Positions 36,901 through 50,117 of a DNA stretch of 64,000 bases are shown piece after piece. The notes beneath the pieces were generated by a model, which saw nothing but the letters and a program-made list of their open reading frames with translations, had not been told where the DNA came from and ran no database searches. Each line of letters begins with the position of its first letter. Position 1 is the stretch's first letter. Position numbers and translations under genes: made by a program. This DNA is from Nemertoderma westbladi (taxonomy: Eukaryota > Animalia > Xenacoelomorpha), in the NCBI GenBank assembly GCA_032718475.1, contig JAUCBJ010008852.1, positions 1 to 64,000 of the forward strand. The letters are read 5' to 3'.

Positions 36901-39900
36901 CAGAGGGTCCTTGGGTCTTTGTTTTGTACAGAGGGTCTTGGGTCTTTGTTTTGTACAGAGGGTCCTTGGGTCTTTGTTTTGTACAGAGGGTCCTTGGGTC
37001 TTTGTTTTGTACAGAGGGTCCTTGGGTCTTTGTTTTGTACAGAGGGTCCTTGGGTCTTTGTTTTGTACAGAGGGTCCTTGGGTCTTTGTTTTGTACAGAG
37101 GGTCCTTGGGTCTTTGTTTTGTACAGAGGGTCCTTGGGTCTTTGTTTTGTACAGAGGGTCTTGGGTCTTTGTTTTGTACAGAGGGTCCTTGGGTCTTTGT
37201 TTTGTACAGAGGGTCCTGGGTCTTTGTTTTGTACAGAGGGTCCTTGGGTCTTTGTTTTGTACAGAGGGTCCTTGGGTCTTTGTTTTGTACAGAGGGTCCT
37301 TGGGTCTTTGTTTTGTACAGAGGGTCCTTGGGTCTTTGTTTTGTACAGAGGGTCCTTGGGTCTTTGTTTTGTACAGAGGGTCCTTGGGTCTTTGTTTTGT
37401 ACAGAGGGTCCTTGGGTCTTTGTTTTGTACAGAGGGTCCTTGGGTCTTTGTTTTGTACAGAGGGTCCTTGGGTCTTTGTTTTGTACAGAGGGTCCTTGGG
37501 TCTTTGTTTTGTACAGAGGGTCCTTGGGTCTTTGTTTTGTACAGAGGGTCTTGGGTCTTTGTTTTGTACAGAGGGTCCTTGGGTCTTTGTTTTGTACAGA
37601 GGGTCCTTGGGTCTTTGTTTTGTACAGAGGGTCCTGGGTCTTTGTTTTGTACAGAGGGTCTTGGGTCTTTGTTTTGTACAGAGGGTCCTTGGGTCTTTGT
37701 TTTGTACAGAGGGTCCTTGGGTCTTTGTTTTGTACAGAGGGTCCTGGGTCTTTGTTTTGTACAGAGGGTCCTTGGGTCTTTGTTTTGTACAGAGGGTCCT
37801 TGGGTCTTTGTTTTGTACAGAGGGTCCTTGGGTCTTTGTTTTGTACAGAGGGTCCTTGGGTCTTTGTTTTGTACAGAGGGTCTTGGGTCTTTGTTTTGTA
37901 CAGAGGGTCCTTGGGTCTTTGTTTTGTACAGAGGGTCCTGGGTCTTTGTTTTGTACAGAGGGTCCTTGGGTCTTTGTTTTGTACAGAGGGTCTTGGGTCT
38001 TTGTTTTGTACAGAGGGTCTTGGGTCTTTGTTTTGTACAGAGGGTCCTTGGGTCTTTGTTTTGTACAGAGGGTCCTTGGGTCTTTGTTTTGTACAGAGGG
38101 TCCTTGGGTCTTTGTTTTGTACAGAGGGTCCTTGGGTCTTTGTTTTGTACAGAGGGTCCTTGGGTCTTTGTTTTGTACAGAGGGTCCTTGGGTCTTTGTT
38201 TTGTACAGAGGGTCCTTGGGTCTTTGTTTTGTACAGAGGGTCCTTGGGTCTTTGTTTTGTACAGAGGGTCCTTGGGTCTTTGTTTTGTACAGAGGGTCCT
38301 TGGGTCTTTGTTTTGTACAGAGGGTCTTGGGTCTTTGTTTTGTACAGAGGGTCCTTGGGTCTTTGTTTTGTACAGAGGGTCCTTGGGTCTTTGTTTTGTA
38401 CAGAGGGTCCTTGGGTCTTTGTTTTGTACAGAGGGTCCTTGGGTCTTTGTTTTGTACAGAGGGTCTTGGGTCTTTGTTTTGTACAGAGGGTCCTTGGGTC
38501 TTTGTTTTGTACAGAGGGTCTTGGGTCTTTGTTTTGTACAGAGGGTCCTTGGGTCTTTGTTTTGTACAGAGGGTCTTGGGTCTTTGTTTTGTACAGAGGG
38601 TCCTTGGGTCTTTGTTTTGTACAGAGGGTCCTTGGGTCTTTGTTTTGTACAGAGGGTCCTTGGGTCTTTGTTTTGTACAGAGGGTCCTTGGGTCTTTGTT
38701 TTGTACAGAGGGTCCTTGGGTCTTTGTTTTGTACAGAGGGTCTTGGGTCTTTGTTTTGTACAGAGGGTCCTTGGGTCTTTGTTTTGTACAGAGGGTCCTT
38801 GGGTCTTTGTTTTGTACAGAGGGTCCTTGGGTCTTTGTTTTGTACAGAGGGTCCTTGGGTCTTTGTTTTGTACAGAGGGTCCTTGGGTCTTTGTTTTGTA
38901 CAGAGGGTCCTTGGGTCTTTGTTTTGTACAGAGGGTCCTTGGGTCTTTGTTTTGTACAGAGGGTCTTGGGTCTTTGTTTTGTACAGAGGGTCCTGGGTCT
39001 TTGTTTTGTACAGAGGGTCCTTGGGTCTTTGTTTTGTACAGAGGGTCCTTGGGTCTTTGTTTTGTACAGAGGGTCCTTGGGTCTTTGTTTTGTACAGAGG
39101 GTCCTGGGTCTTTGTTTTGTACAGAGGGTCCTTGGGTCTTTGTTTTGTACAGAGGGTCCTTGGGTCTTTGTTTTGTACAGAGGGTCCTGGGTCTTTGTTT
39201 TGTACAGAGGGTCCTGGGTCTTTGTTTTGTACAGAGGGTCCTTGGGTCTTTGTTTTGTACAGAGGGTCCTTGGGTCTTTGTTTTGTACAGAGGGTCCTTG
39301 GGTCTTTGTTTTGTACAGAGGGTCCTTGGGTCTTTGTTTTGTACAGAGGGTCTTGGGTCTTTGTTTTGTACAGAGGGTCCTTGGGTCTTTGTTTTGTACA
39401 GAGGGTCCTGGGTCTTTGTTTTGTACAGAGGGTCCTTGGGTCTTTGTTTTGTACAGAGGGTCCTTGGGTCTTTGTTTTGTACAGAGGGTCTTGGGTCTTT
39501 GTTTTGTACAGAGGGTCCTTGGGTCTTTGTTTTGTACAGAGGGTCCTGGGTCTTTGTTTTGTACAGAGGGTCCTGGGTCTTTGTTTTGTACAGAGGGTCC
39601 TTGGGTCTTTGTTTTGTACAGAGGGTCTTGGGTCTTTGTTTTGTACAGAGGGTCCTTGGGTCTTTGTTTTGTACAGAGGGTCCTTGGGTCTTTGTTTTGT
39701 ACAGAGGGTCCTTGGGTCTTTGTTTTGTACAGAGGGTCCTGGGTCTTTGTTTTGTACAGAGGGTCCTGGGTCTTTGTTTTGTACAGAGGGTCCTTGGGTC
39801 TTTGTTTTGTACAGAGGGTCTTGGGTCTTTGTTTTGTACAGAGGGTCTTGGGTCTTTGTTTTGTACAGAGGGTCCTGGGTCTTTGTTTTGTACAGAGGGT

Positions 39901-42900
39901 CCTGGGTCTTTGTTTTGTACAGAGGGTCCTTGGGTCTTTGTTTTGTACAGAGGGTCCTGGGTCTTTGTTTTGTACAGAGGGTCCTGGGTCTTTGTTTTGT
40001 ACAGAGGGTCCTTGGGTCTTTGTTTTGTACAGAGGGTCCTGGGTCTTTGTTTTGTACAGAGGGTCCTGGGTCTTTGTTTTGTACAGAGGGTCCTGGGTCT
40101 TTGTTTTGTACAGAGGGTCCTGGGTCTTTGTTTTGTACAGAGGGTCTTGGGTCTTTGTTTTGTACAGAGGGTCTTGGGTCTTTGTTTTGTACAGAGGGTC
40201 CTTGGGTCTTTGTTTTGTACAGAGGGTCCTGGGTCTTTGTTTTGTACAGAGGGTCTTGGGTCTTTGTTTTGTACAGAGGGTCCTTGGGTCTTTGTTTTGT
40301 ACAGAGGGTCCTGGGTCTTTGTTTTGTACAGAGGGTCCTGGGTCTTTGTTTTGTACAGAGGGTCCTGGGTCTTTGTTTTGTACAGAGGGTCCTTGGGTCT
40401 TTGTTTTGTACAGAGGGTCCTTGGGTCTTTGTTTTGTACAGAGGGTCCTGGGTCTTTGTTTTGTACAGAGGGTCCTTGGGTCTTTGTTTTGTACAGAGGG
40501 TCCTTGGGTCTTTGTTTTGTACAGAGGGTCCTGGGTCTTTGTTTTGTACAGAGGGTCCCTGGGTCTTTGTTTTGTACAGAGGGTCCTGGGTCTTTGTTTT
40601 GTACAGAGGGTCTTGGGTCTTTGTTTTGTACAGAGGGTCCTTGGGTCTTTGTTTTGAACATAGTGTCTTGGGTCTTTGTTTTGTACAGAGGGTCCTGGGT
40701 CTTTGTTTTGTACAGAGGGTCCCTGGGTCTTTGTTTTGTACAGAGGGTCCTGGGTCTTTGTTTTGTACAGAGGGTCCTTGGGTCTTTGTTTTGTACAGAG
40801 GGTCCTTGGGTCTTTGTTTTGTACAGAGGGTCCTGGGTCTTTGTTTTGTACAGAGGGTCCCTGGGTCTTTGTTTTGTACAGAGGGTCCTGGGTCTTTGTT
40901 TTGTACAGAGGGTATTGGGTCTTTGTTTTGTACAGAGGGTCCTTGGGTCTTTGTTTTGAACATAGTGTCTTGGGTCTTTGTTTTGTACAGAGGGTCCTGG
41001 GTCTTTGTTTTGTACAGAGGGTCCCTGGGTCTTTGTTTTGTACAGAGGGTCCTGGGTCTTTGTTTTGTACAGAGGGTCTTGGTTCTTTGTTTTGTACAGA
41101 GGGTCTTGGGTCTTTGTTTTGTACAGAGGGTCTTGGGTCTTTGTTTTGTACAGAGGGTCTTGGGTCTTTGTTTTGTACAGAGGGTCTTGGGTCTTTGTTT
41201 TGTACAGAGGGTCCTGGGTCTTTGTTTTGTACAGAGGGTCCCTGGGTCTTTGTTTTGTACAGAGGGTCCTGGGTCTTTGTTTTGTACAGAGGGTCCCTGG
41301 GTCTTTGTTTTGTACAGAGGGTCCTGGGTCTTTGTTTTGTACAGAGGGTATTGGGTCTTTGTTTTGTACAGAGGGTCCTTGGGTCTTTGTTTTGAACATA
41401 GTGTCTTGGGTCTTTGTTTTGTACAGAGGGTCTTGGGTCTTTGTTTTGTACAGAGGGTATTGGGTCTTTGTTTTGTACTGAGGGTCTTGGGTCTTTGTTT
41501 TGTACAGAGGGTCCTTGGGTCTTTGTTTTGTACAGAGGGTCCTTGGGTCTTTGTTTTGTACAGAGGGTCCTTGGGTCTTTGTTTTGTACAGAGGGTCCTG
41601 GGTCTTTGTTTTGTACAGAGGGTCCTTGGGTCTTTGTTTTGTACAGAGGGTCCTTGGGTCTTTGTTTTGTACAGAGGGTCTTGGGTCTTTGTTTTGTACA
41701 GAGGGTCTTGGGTCTTTGTTTTGTACAGAGGGTCCTTGGGTCTTTGTTTTGTACAGAGGGTCCTGGGTCTTTGTTTTGTACAGAGGGTCCTGGGTCTTTG
41801 TTTTGTACAGAGGGTCTTGGGTCTTTGTTTTGTACAGAGGGTCTTGGGTCTTTGTTTTGTACAGAGGGTCTTGGGTCTTTGTTTTGTACAGAGGGTCTTG
41901 GTTCTTTGTTTTGTACAGAGGGTATTGGGTCTTTGTTTTGTACTGAGGGTCTTGGGTCTTTGTTTTGTACAGAGGGTCTTGGGTCTTTGTTTTGTACAGA
42001 GGGTCCTGGGTCTTTGTTTTGTACAGAGGGTCCCTGGGTCTTTGTTTTGTACAGAGGGTCTTGGGTCTTTGTTTTGTACAGAGGGTCTTGGGTCTTTGTT
42101 TTGTACAGAGGGTCCTTGGGTCTTTGTTTTGTACAGAGGGTCTTGGTTCTTTGTTTTGTACAGAGGGTCTTGGGTCTTTGTTTTGTACAGAGGGTATTGG
42201 GTCTTTGTTTTGTACAGAGGGTCCTTGGGTCTTTGTTTTGTACAGAGGGTCCTTGGGTCTTTGTTTTGAACATAGTGTCTTGGGTCTTTGTTTTGTACAG
42301 AGGGTCCTGGGTCTTTGTTTTGTACAGAGGGTCCCTGGGTCTTTGTTTTGTACTGAGGGTCTTGGTTCTTTGTTTTGTACATACTGTCTTGGGTCTTTGT
42401 TTTGTACAGAGGGTCTTGGTTCTTTGTTTTGTACAGAGTGTCTTGGGTCTTTGTTTTGTACAGAGGGTCCTTGGGTCTTTGTTTTGAACATAGTGTCTTG
42501 GGTCTTTGTTTTGTACAGAGGGTCCTTGGGTCTTTGTTTTGAACATAGTGTCTTGGGTCTTTGTTTTGTACAGAGGGTCCTGGGTCTTTGTTTTGTACAG
42601 AGGGTCCTGGGTCTTTGTTTTGTACAGAGGGTCCCTGGGTCTTTGTTTTGTACAGAGGGTCCCTGGGTCTTTGTTTTGTACTGAGGGTCTTGGTTCTTTG
42701 TTTTGTACATACTGTCTTGGGTCTTTGTTTTGTACAGAGGGTCTTGGTTCTTTGTTTTGTACAGAGTGTCTTGGGTCTTTGTTTTGTACAGAGGGTCCTT
42801 GGGTCTTTGTTTTGAACATAGTGTCTTGGGTCTTTGTTTTGTACAGAGGGTCCTTGTGTCTTTGTTTTGTACAGAGGGTCCCTGGGTCTTTGTTTTGTAC

Positions 42901-45900
42901 AGAGGGTCCTTGGGTCTTTGTTTTTTACTGAGGGTCCTTGGGTCTTTGTTTTGTACAGAGGGTCCTGGGTCTTTGTTTTGTACAGAGGGTCCTTGGGTCT
43001 ATGTTTTGTACAGAGGGTCCTGGGTCTTTGTTTTGTACAGAGGGTATTGGGTTTATGTTTTGTACAGAGGGTCCCTGGGTCTTTGTTTTGTACAGAGGGT
43101 CCTTGGGTCTTTGTTTTGAACATAGTGTCTTGGGTCTTTGTTTTGTACAGAGGGTCCCTGGGTCTTTGTTTTGTACTGAGGGTCTTGGTTCTTTGCTTTG
43201 TACATACTGTCTTGGGTCTTTGTTTTGTACAGAGGGTCTTGGTTCTTTGTTTTGTACAGAGTGTCTTGGGTCTTTGTTTTGTACAGAGGGTCCTTGGGTC
43301 TTTGTTTTGAACATAGTGTCTTGGGTCTTTGTTTTGTACAGAGGGTCCCTGGGTCTTTGTTTTGTACTGAGGGTCCTTGGGTCTTTGTTTTGAACATAGT
43401 GTCTTGGGTCTTTGTTTTGTACAGAGGGTCCCTGGGTCTTTGTTTTGTACTGAGGGTCTTGGTTCTTTGTTTTGTACATACTGTCTTGGGTCTTTGTTTT
43501 GTACAGAGGGTCCTTGGGTCTATGTTTTGTACAGAGGGTCCTTGGGTCTTTGTTTTGTACAGAGGGTCCTTGGGTCTTTGTTTTGTACAGAGGGTCTTGG
43601 GTCTTTGTTTTGTACAGAGGGTCCTGGGTCTTTGTTTTGTACAGAGGGTCCTTGGGTCTTTGTTTTGTACAGAGGGTCCTTGGGTCTTTGTTTTGTACAG
43701 AGGGTCCTGGGTCTTTGTTTTGAACATAGTGTCTTGGGTCTTTGTTTTGTACAGAGGGTCCTTGGGTCTATGTTTTGTACAGAGGGTCCTTGGGTCTTTG
43801 TTTTGTACAGAGGGTCCTGGGTCTTTGTTTTGAACATAGTGTCTTGGGTCTTTGTTTTGTACAGAGGGTCCTTGGGTCTATGTTTTGTACAGAGGGTCCT
43901 TGGGTCTATGTTTTGTACAGAGGGTCCTTGGGTCTTTGTTTTGAACATAGTGTCTTGGGTCTTTGTTTTGTACAGAGGGTCCTTGGGTCTATGTTTTGTA
44001 CAGAGGGTCCTTGGGTCTTTGTTTTGTACAGAGGGTCCTGGGTCTTTGTTTTGTACAGAGGGTCCTTGGGTCTTTGTTTTGTACAGAGGGTCTTGGGTCT
44101 TTGTTTTGTACAGAGGGTCCTGGGTCTTTGTTTTGTACAGAGGGTCCTTGGGTCTTTGTTTTGTACAGAGGGTCCTGGGTCTTTGTTTTGTACAGAGGGT
44201 CCTTGGGTCTATGTTTTGTACAGAGGGTATTGGGTTTATGTTTTGTACAGAGGGTCCCTGGGTCTTTGTTTTGTACAGAGGGTCCTTCGGTCTTTGTTTT
44301 GAACATAGTGTCTTGGGTCTTTGTTTTGTACAGAGGGTCCCTGGGTCTTTGTTTTGTACTGAGGGTCTTGGTTCTTTGTTTTGTACATACTGTCTTGGGT
44401 CTTTGTTTTGTACAGAGGGTCTTGGTTCTTTGTTTTGTACAGAGTGTCTTGGGTCTTTGTTTTGTACAGAGGGTCCTTGGGTCTTTGTTTTGAACATAGT
44501 GTCTTGGGTCTTTGTTTTGTACAGAGGGTCCTTGGGTCTATGTTTTGTACAGAGGGTCCTGGGTCTTTGTTTTGTACAGAGGGTCCCTGGGTCTTTGTTT
44601 TGTACAGAGGGTCCTGGGTCTTTGTTTTGTACAGAGGGTCCTTGGGTCTATGTTTTGTACAGAGGGTCCTGGGTCTTTGTTTTGTACAGAGGGTATTGGG
44701 TTTATGTTTTGTACAGAGGGTCCCTGGGTCTTTGTTTTGTACAGAGGGTCCTTGGGTCTTTGTTTTGAACATAGTGTCTTGGGTCTTTGTTTTGTACAGA
44801 GGGTCCCTGGGTCTTTGTTTTGTACTGAGGGTCTTGGTTCTTTGTTTTGTACATACTGTCTTGGGTCTTTGTTTTGTACAGAGGGTCTTGGTTCTTTGTT
44901 TTGTACAGAGTGTCTTGGGTCTTTGTTTTGTACAGAGGGTCCTTGGGTCTTTGTTTTGAACATAGTGTCTTGGGTCTTTGTTTTGTACAGAGGGTCCTTG
45001 GGTCTATGTTTTGTACAGAGGGTCCTTGGGTCTTTGTTTTGTACAGAGGGTCCTTGGGTCTTTGTTTTGTACAGAGGGTCTTGGGTCTTTGTTTTGTACA
45101 GAGGGTCCTGGGTCTTTGTTTTGTACAGAGGGTCCTTGGGTCTTTGTTTTGTACAGAGGGTCCTTGGGTCTTTGTTTTGTACAGAGGGTCCTGGGTCTTT
45201 GTTTTGAACATAGTGTCTTGGGTCTTTGTTTTGTACAGAGGGTCCTTGGGTCTATGTTTTGTACAGAGGGTCCTTGGGTCTTTGTTTTGTACAGAGGGTC
45301 CTGGGTCTTTGTTTTGAACATAGTGTCTTGGGTCTTTGTTTTGTACAGAGGGTCCTTGGGTCTATGTTTTGTACAGAGGGTCCTTGGGTCTATGTTTTGT
45401 ACAGAGGGTCCTTGGGTCTTTGTTTTGAACATAGTGTCTTGGGTCTTTGTTTTGTACAGAGGGTCCTTGGGTCTATGTTTTGTACAGAGGGTCCTTGGGT
45501 CTTTGTTTTGTACAGAGGGTCCTGGGTCTTTGTTTTGTACAGAGGGTCCTTGGGTCTTTGTTTTGTACAGAGGGTCTTGGGTCTTTGTTTTGTACAGAGG
45601 GTCCTGGGTCTTTGTTTTGTACAGAGGGTCCTTGGGTCTTTGTTTTGTACAGAGGGTCCTGGGTCTTTGTTTTGTACAGAGGGTCCCTGGGTCTTTGTTT
45701 TGTACTGAGGGTCTTGGTTCTTTGTTTTGTACATACTGTCTTGGGTCTTTGTTTTGTACAGAGGGTCTTGGTTCTTTGTTTTGTACAGAGTGTCTTGGGT
45801 CTTTGTTTTGTACAGAGGGTCCTTGGGTCTTTGTTTTGAACATAGTGTCTTGGGTCTTTGTTTTGTACAGAGGGTCCTTGGGTCTTTGTTTTGTACAGAG

Positions 45901-48900
45901 GGTATTGGGTCTTTGTTTTGTACAGAGGGTATTGGGTTTATGTTTTGTACAGAGGGTCCTTGGGTCTTTGTTTTGTACAGAGGGTCCTTGGGTCTATGTT
46001 TTGTACAGAGGGTATTGGGTTTATGTTTTGTACAGAGGGTCCTTGGGTCTTTGTTTTGTACAGAGGGTATTGGGTTTATGTTTTGTACAGAGGGTCCTTG
46101 GGTCTTTGTTTTGTACAGAGGGTATTGGGTCTTTGTTTTGTACAGAGGGTATTGGGTTTATGTTTTGTACAGAGGGTCCTTGGGTCTTTGTTTTGTACAG
46201 AGGGTCCTTGGGTCTTTGTTTTGTACAGAGGGTATTGGGTCTTTGTTTTGTACAGAGGGTATTGGGTTTATGTTTTGTACAGAGGGTCCTTGGGTCTTTG
46301 TTTTGTACAGAGGGTCCTTGGTTCTTTGTTTTGTACAGAGGGTATTGGGTTTATGTTTTGTACAGAGGGTCCTTGGGTCTTTGTTTTGTACAGAGGGTCC
46401 TTGGGTCTATGTTTTGTACAGAGGGTCCTTGGGTCTATGTTTTGTACAGAGGGTCCTTGGGTCTTTGTTTTGTACAGAGGGTCCTTGGGTCTATGTTTTG
46501 TACAGAGGGTCCCTGGGTCTTTGTTTTGTACAGAGGGTCCTGGGTCTTTGTTTTGTACAGAGGGTCCCTGGGTCTTTGTTTTGTACAGAGGGTCCCTGGG
46601 TCTTTGTTTTGTACAGAGGGTCCTGGGTCTTTGTTTTTTACTGAGGGTCTTGGTTCTTTGTTTTGTACAGAGGGTCCTGGGTCTTTGTTTTGTACAGAGG
46701 GTCCTTGGGTCTTTGTTTTGTACAGAGGGTCCCTGGGTCTTTGTTTTGTACAGAGGGTCCCTGGGTCTTTGTTTTGTACAGAGGGTCCTGGGTCTTTGTT
46801 TTGTACAGAGGGTCCCTGGGTCTTTGTTTTGTACAGAGGGTCCCTGGGTCTTTGTTTTGTACAGAGGGTCCTGGGTCTTTGTTTTTTACTGAGGGTCTTG
46901 GTTCTTTGTTTTGTACAGAGGGTCCTGGGTCTTTGTTTTGTACAGAGGGTCCTGGGTCTTTGTTTTGTACAGAGGGTCCTTGGGTCTTTGTTTTGTACAG
47001 AGGGTCCCTGGGTCTTTGTTTTGTACAGAGGGTCCCTGGGTCTTTGTTTTGTACAGAGGGTCCTGGGTCTTTGTTTTTTACTGAGGGTCTTGGTTCTTTG
47101 TTTTGTACAGAGGGTCCTGGGTCTTTGTTTTGTACAGAGGGTCCCTGGGTCTTTGTTTTGTACAGAGGGTCCCTGGGTCTTTGTTTTGTACAGAGGGTCC
47201 TGGGTCTTTGTTTTTTACTGAGGGTCTTGGTTCTTTGTTTTGTACAGAGGGTCCTGGGTCTTTGTTTTGTACAGAGGGTCCTTGGGTCTTTGTTTTGAAC
47301 ATAGTGTCTTGGGTCTTTGTTTTGTACAGAGGGTCCCTGGGTCTTTGTTTTGTACAGAGGGTCCCTGGGTCTTTGTTTTGTACAGAGGGTCTTGGGTCTT
47401 TGTTTTGTACAGAGGGTCCTTGGGTCTTTGTTTTGTACAGAGGGTCCCTGGGTCTTTGTTTTGTACAGAGGGTCCTGGGTCTTTGTTTTGTACAGAGGGT
47501 CTTGGGTCTTTGTTTTGTACAGAGGGTCCTGGGTCTTTGTTTTGTACAGAGGGTCCTGGGTCTTTGTTTTGTACAGAGGGTCCTTGGGTCTTTGTTTTGT
47601 ACTGAGGGTCCTTGGGTTTTTGTTTTTTACAGAGGGTCCTGGGTCTTTGTTTTGTACAGAGGGTCCTTGGGTCTTTGTTTTGTACTGAGGGTCCTTGGGT
47701 CTTTGTTTTTTACAGAGGGTCTTGGGTCTTTGTTTTGTACAGAGGGTCCTGGGTCTTTGTTTTGTACAGAGGGTCCTGGGTCTTTGTTTTGTACAGAGGG
47801 TCCTTGGGTCTTTGTTTTGTACTGAGGGTCCTTGGGTCTTTGTTTTTTACAGAGTGTCTTGGGTCTTTGTTTTGTACAGAGGGTCTTGGGTCTATGTTTT
47901 GTACAGAGGGTATTTGGTCTATGTTTTGTACAGAGGGTCCTGGGTCTTTGTTTTGTACAGAGGGTCTTGGGTCTATGTTTTGTACAAAGGGTCTTGTGTC
48001 TTTGTTTTGTACAGAGGGTCCTGGGTCATTGTTTTGTACAGAGGGTCCCGGGAATTTGTTTTGTACAGAGGGTCCTTGTGTCTATGTTTTGTACAGAGGG
48101 TCCTTGGGTCTTTGTTTTGTACAGAGGGTCCTTGGGTCTTTGTTTTGTACAGAGGGTCCTTGGGTCTTTGTTTTGTACTGAGGGTCTTGGTTCTTTGTTT
48201 TGTACAGAGTGTCTTGGGTCTTTGTTTTGTACAGAGGGTCCCTGGGTCTTTGTTTTGTACCGAGGGTCCTGGGTCTTTGTTTTGTACAGAGGTTCCTTTG
48301 GTCTTTGTTTTGTACAGAGGGTCCTGGGTCTTTGTTTTGTACAGAGGGTATTGGGTTTATGTTTTGTACAGAGGGTCCTTGGGTCTTTGTTTTGTACAAA
48401 GGGTCCTTGGGTCTTTGTTTTGTACATAGTGTCTTGGGTCTTTGTTTTGTAAGAGGGTCCCTGGGTCTTTGTTTTGTACAGAGGGTCCTTGTGTCTTTGT
48501 TTTGTACAGAGGGTCCCTGGGTCTTTGTTTTGTACAGAGGGTCCTTGGGTCTTTGTTTTTTACAGAGTGTCTTGGGTCTTTGTTTTGTATAGAGGGTCTT
48601 GGGTCTATGTTTTGTACAGAGGGTATTTGGTCTATGTTTTGTACAGAGGGTCCTGGGTCTTTGTTTTGTACAGAGGGTCTTGGGTCTTTGTTTTGTACAA
48701 AGGGTCTTGGGTCTTTGTTTTGTACAGAGGGTCCTGGGTCATTGTTTTGTACAGAGGGTCCCGGGAATTTGTTTTGTACAGAGGGTCCTTGGGTCTATGT
48801 TTTGTACAGAGGGTCCTTGGGTCTTTGTTTTGTACAGAGGGTCCTGGGTCTTTGTTTTGTACAGAGGGTCCTTGGGTCTTTGTTTTGTACTGAGGGTCTT

Positions 48901-49949
48901 GGTTCTTTGTTTTGTACAGAGGGTCTTGGGTCTTTGTTTTGTACAGAGGGTATTGGGTCTATGTTTTGTACAGAGGGTATTGGGTCTTTGTTTTGTACTG
49001 AGGGTCTTGGGTCTTTGTTTTGTACAGAGGGTCCTTGGGTCTTTGTTTTGTACAGAGGGTCCTGGGTCTTTGTTTTGTACAGAGGGTCTTGGGTCTTTGT
49101 TTTGTACAGAGGGTCCTGGGTCTTTGTTTTGTACAGAGGGTCCTGGGTCTTTGTTTTGTACAGAGGGTCCTTGGGTCTTTGTTTTGTACTGAGGGTCTTG
49201 GTTCTTTGTTTTGTACAGAGTGTCTTGGGTCTTTGTTTTGTACAGAGGGTCCTGGGTCTTTGTTTTGTACAGAGGGTCTTGGGTCTTTGTTTTGTACAGA
49301 GGGTCTTGGGTCTTTGTTTTGTACAGAGGGTATTGGGTCCATGTTTTTTACAGAGGGTCCTTGGGTCTTTGTTTTGTACAGAAGGTCCTGGGTCTTTGTT
49401 TTGTACAGAGGGTCCTTGGGTCTTTGTTTTGTACTGAGGGTCTTGGTTCTTTGTTTTGTACAGAGTGTCTTGGGTCTTTGTTTTGTACAGAGTGTCTTGG
49501 GTCTTTGTTTTGTACAGAGGGTCCTGGGTCTTTGTTTTGTACAGAGTGTCTTGGGTCTTTGTTTTGTACAGAGGGTCTTGGGTCTATGTTTTGTACAGAG
49601 GGTATGGGGTCTTTGTTTTGTACAGAAGGTCCTGGGTCTTTGTTTTGTACAGAGGGTCCTTGGGTCTTTGTTTTGTACTGAGGGTCTTGGTTCTTTGTTT
49701 TGTACTGAGTGTCTTGGGTCTTTGTTTTGTACAGAGGGTCCCTGGGTCTTTGTTTTGTACAGAGGGTCCTTGGGTCTTTGTTTTTTACTGAGGGTCCTTG
49801 GGTCTTTGTTTTGTACAGAGGGTCCTGGGTCTTTGTTTTGTACAGAGGGTCCTTGGGTCTATGTTTTGTACAGAGGGTCCTTGGGTCTTTGTTTTGTACA
49901 GAGGGTCTTGGGTCTATGTTTTGTACAGAGGGTCATTGGGTCTATGTTT
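27983..49949. repeat. Satellite C, 27/28-bp minisatellite (~22 kb, roughly 800 units)
   Basis: Unit TCTTTGTTTTGTACAGAGGGT(CCTT/CCT/CTT/CCCT)GGG. It fills the intron between exons a and b almost completely. Confidence 0.98.
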
Positions 49950-49979
49950 GCCCTCAACCCAACAGTTTAAACTTTTCAG

Positions 49980-50117
49980 TTTTAATTGCCAACCAATCAT
50001 TCAATCAATCGTCAACGAGATTGACTATAGAACAACTTCATGTTGAAGATGCAGGCTATTACAAATGCTATGGAAACGACGACACTATTATTCATTCCAC
50101 ATATGTCTACGTCGATG
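49980..50117 (+). CDS. Exon b: C-half of Ig domain 1
   Basis: ttttcag| ... G|gtaagt, phase 1-1. Encodes (V)LIANQSFNQSSTRLTIEQLHVEDAGYYKCYGNDDTIIHSTYVYVD with the L-x-I...D-x-G-x-Y-x-C motif, in frame with exon a. Confidence 0.88.

Noticed and set aside
1-49949. CRISPR-like arrays
   Set aside because: Units are contiguous with no unique spacers, there are no cas genes, and the context is eukaryotic.
27961-49970. ORFs of up to 4073 aa on both strands
   Set aside because: The 27/28-bp unit lacks stops in all six frames, and random 1-bp length variants show no frame selection.
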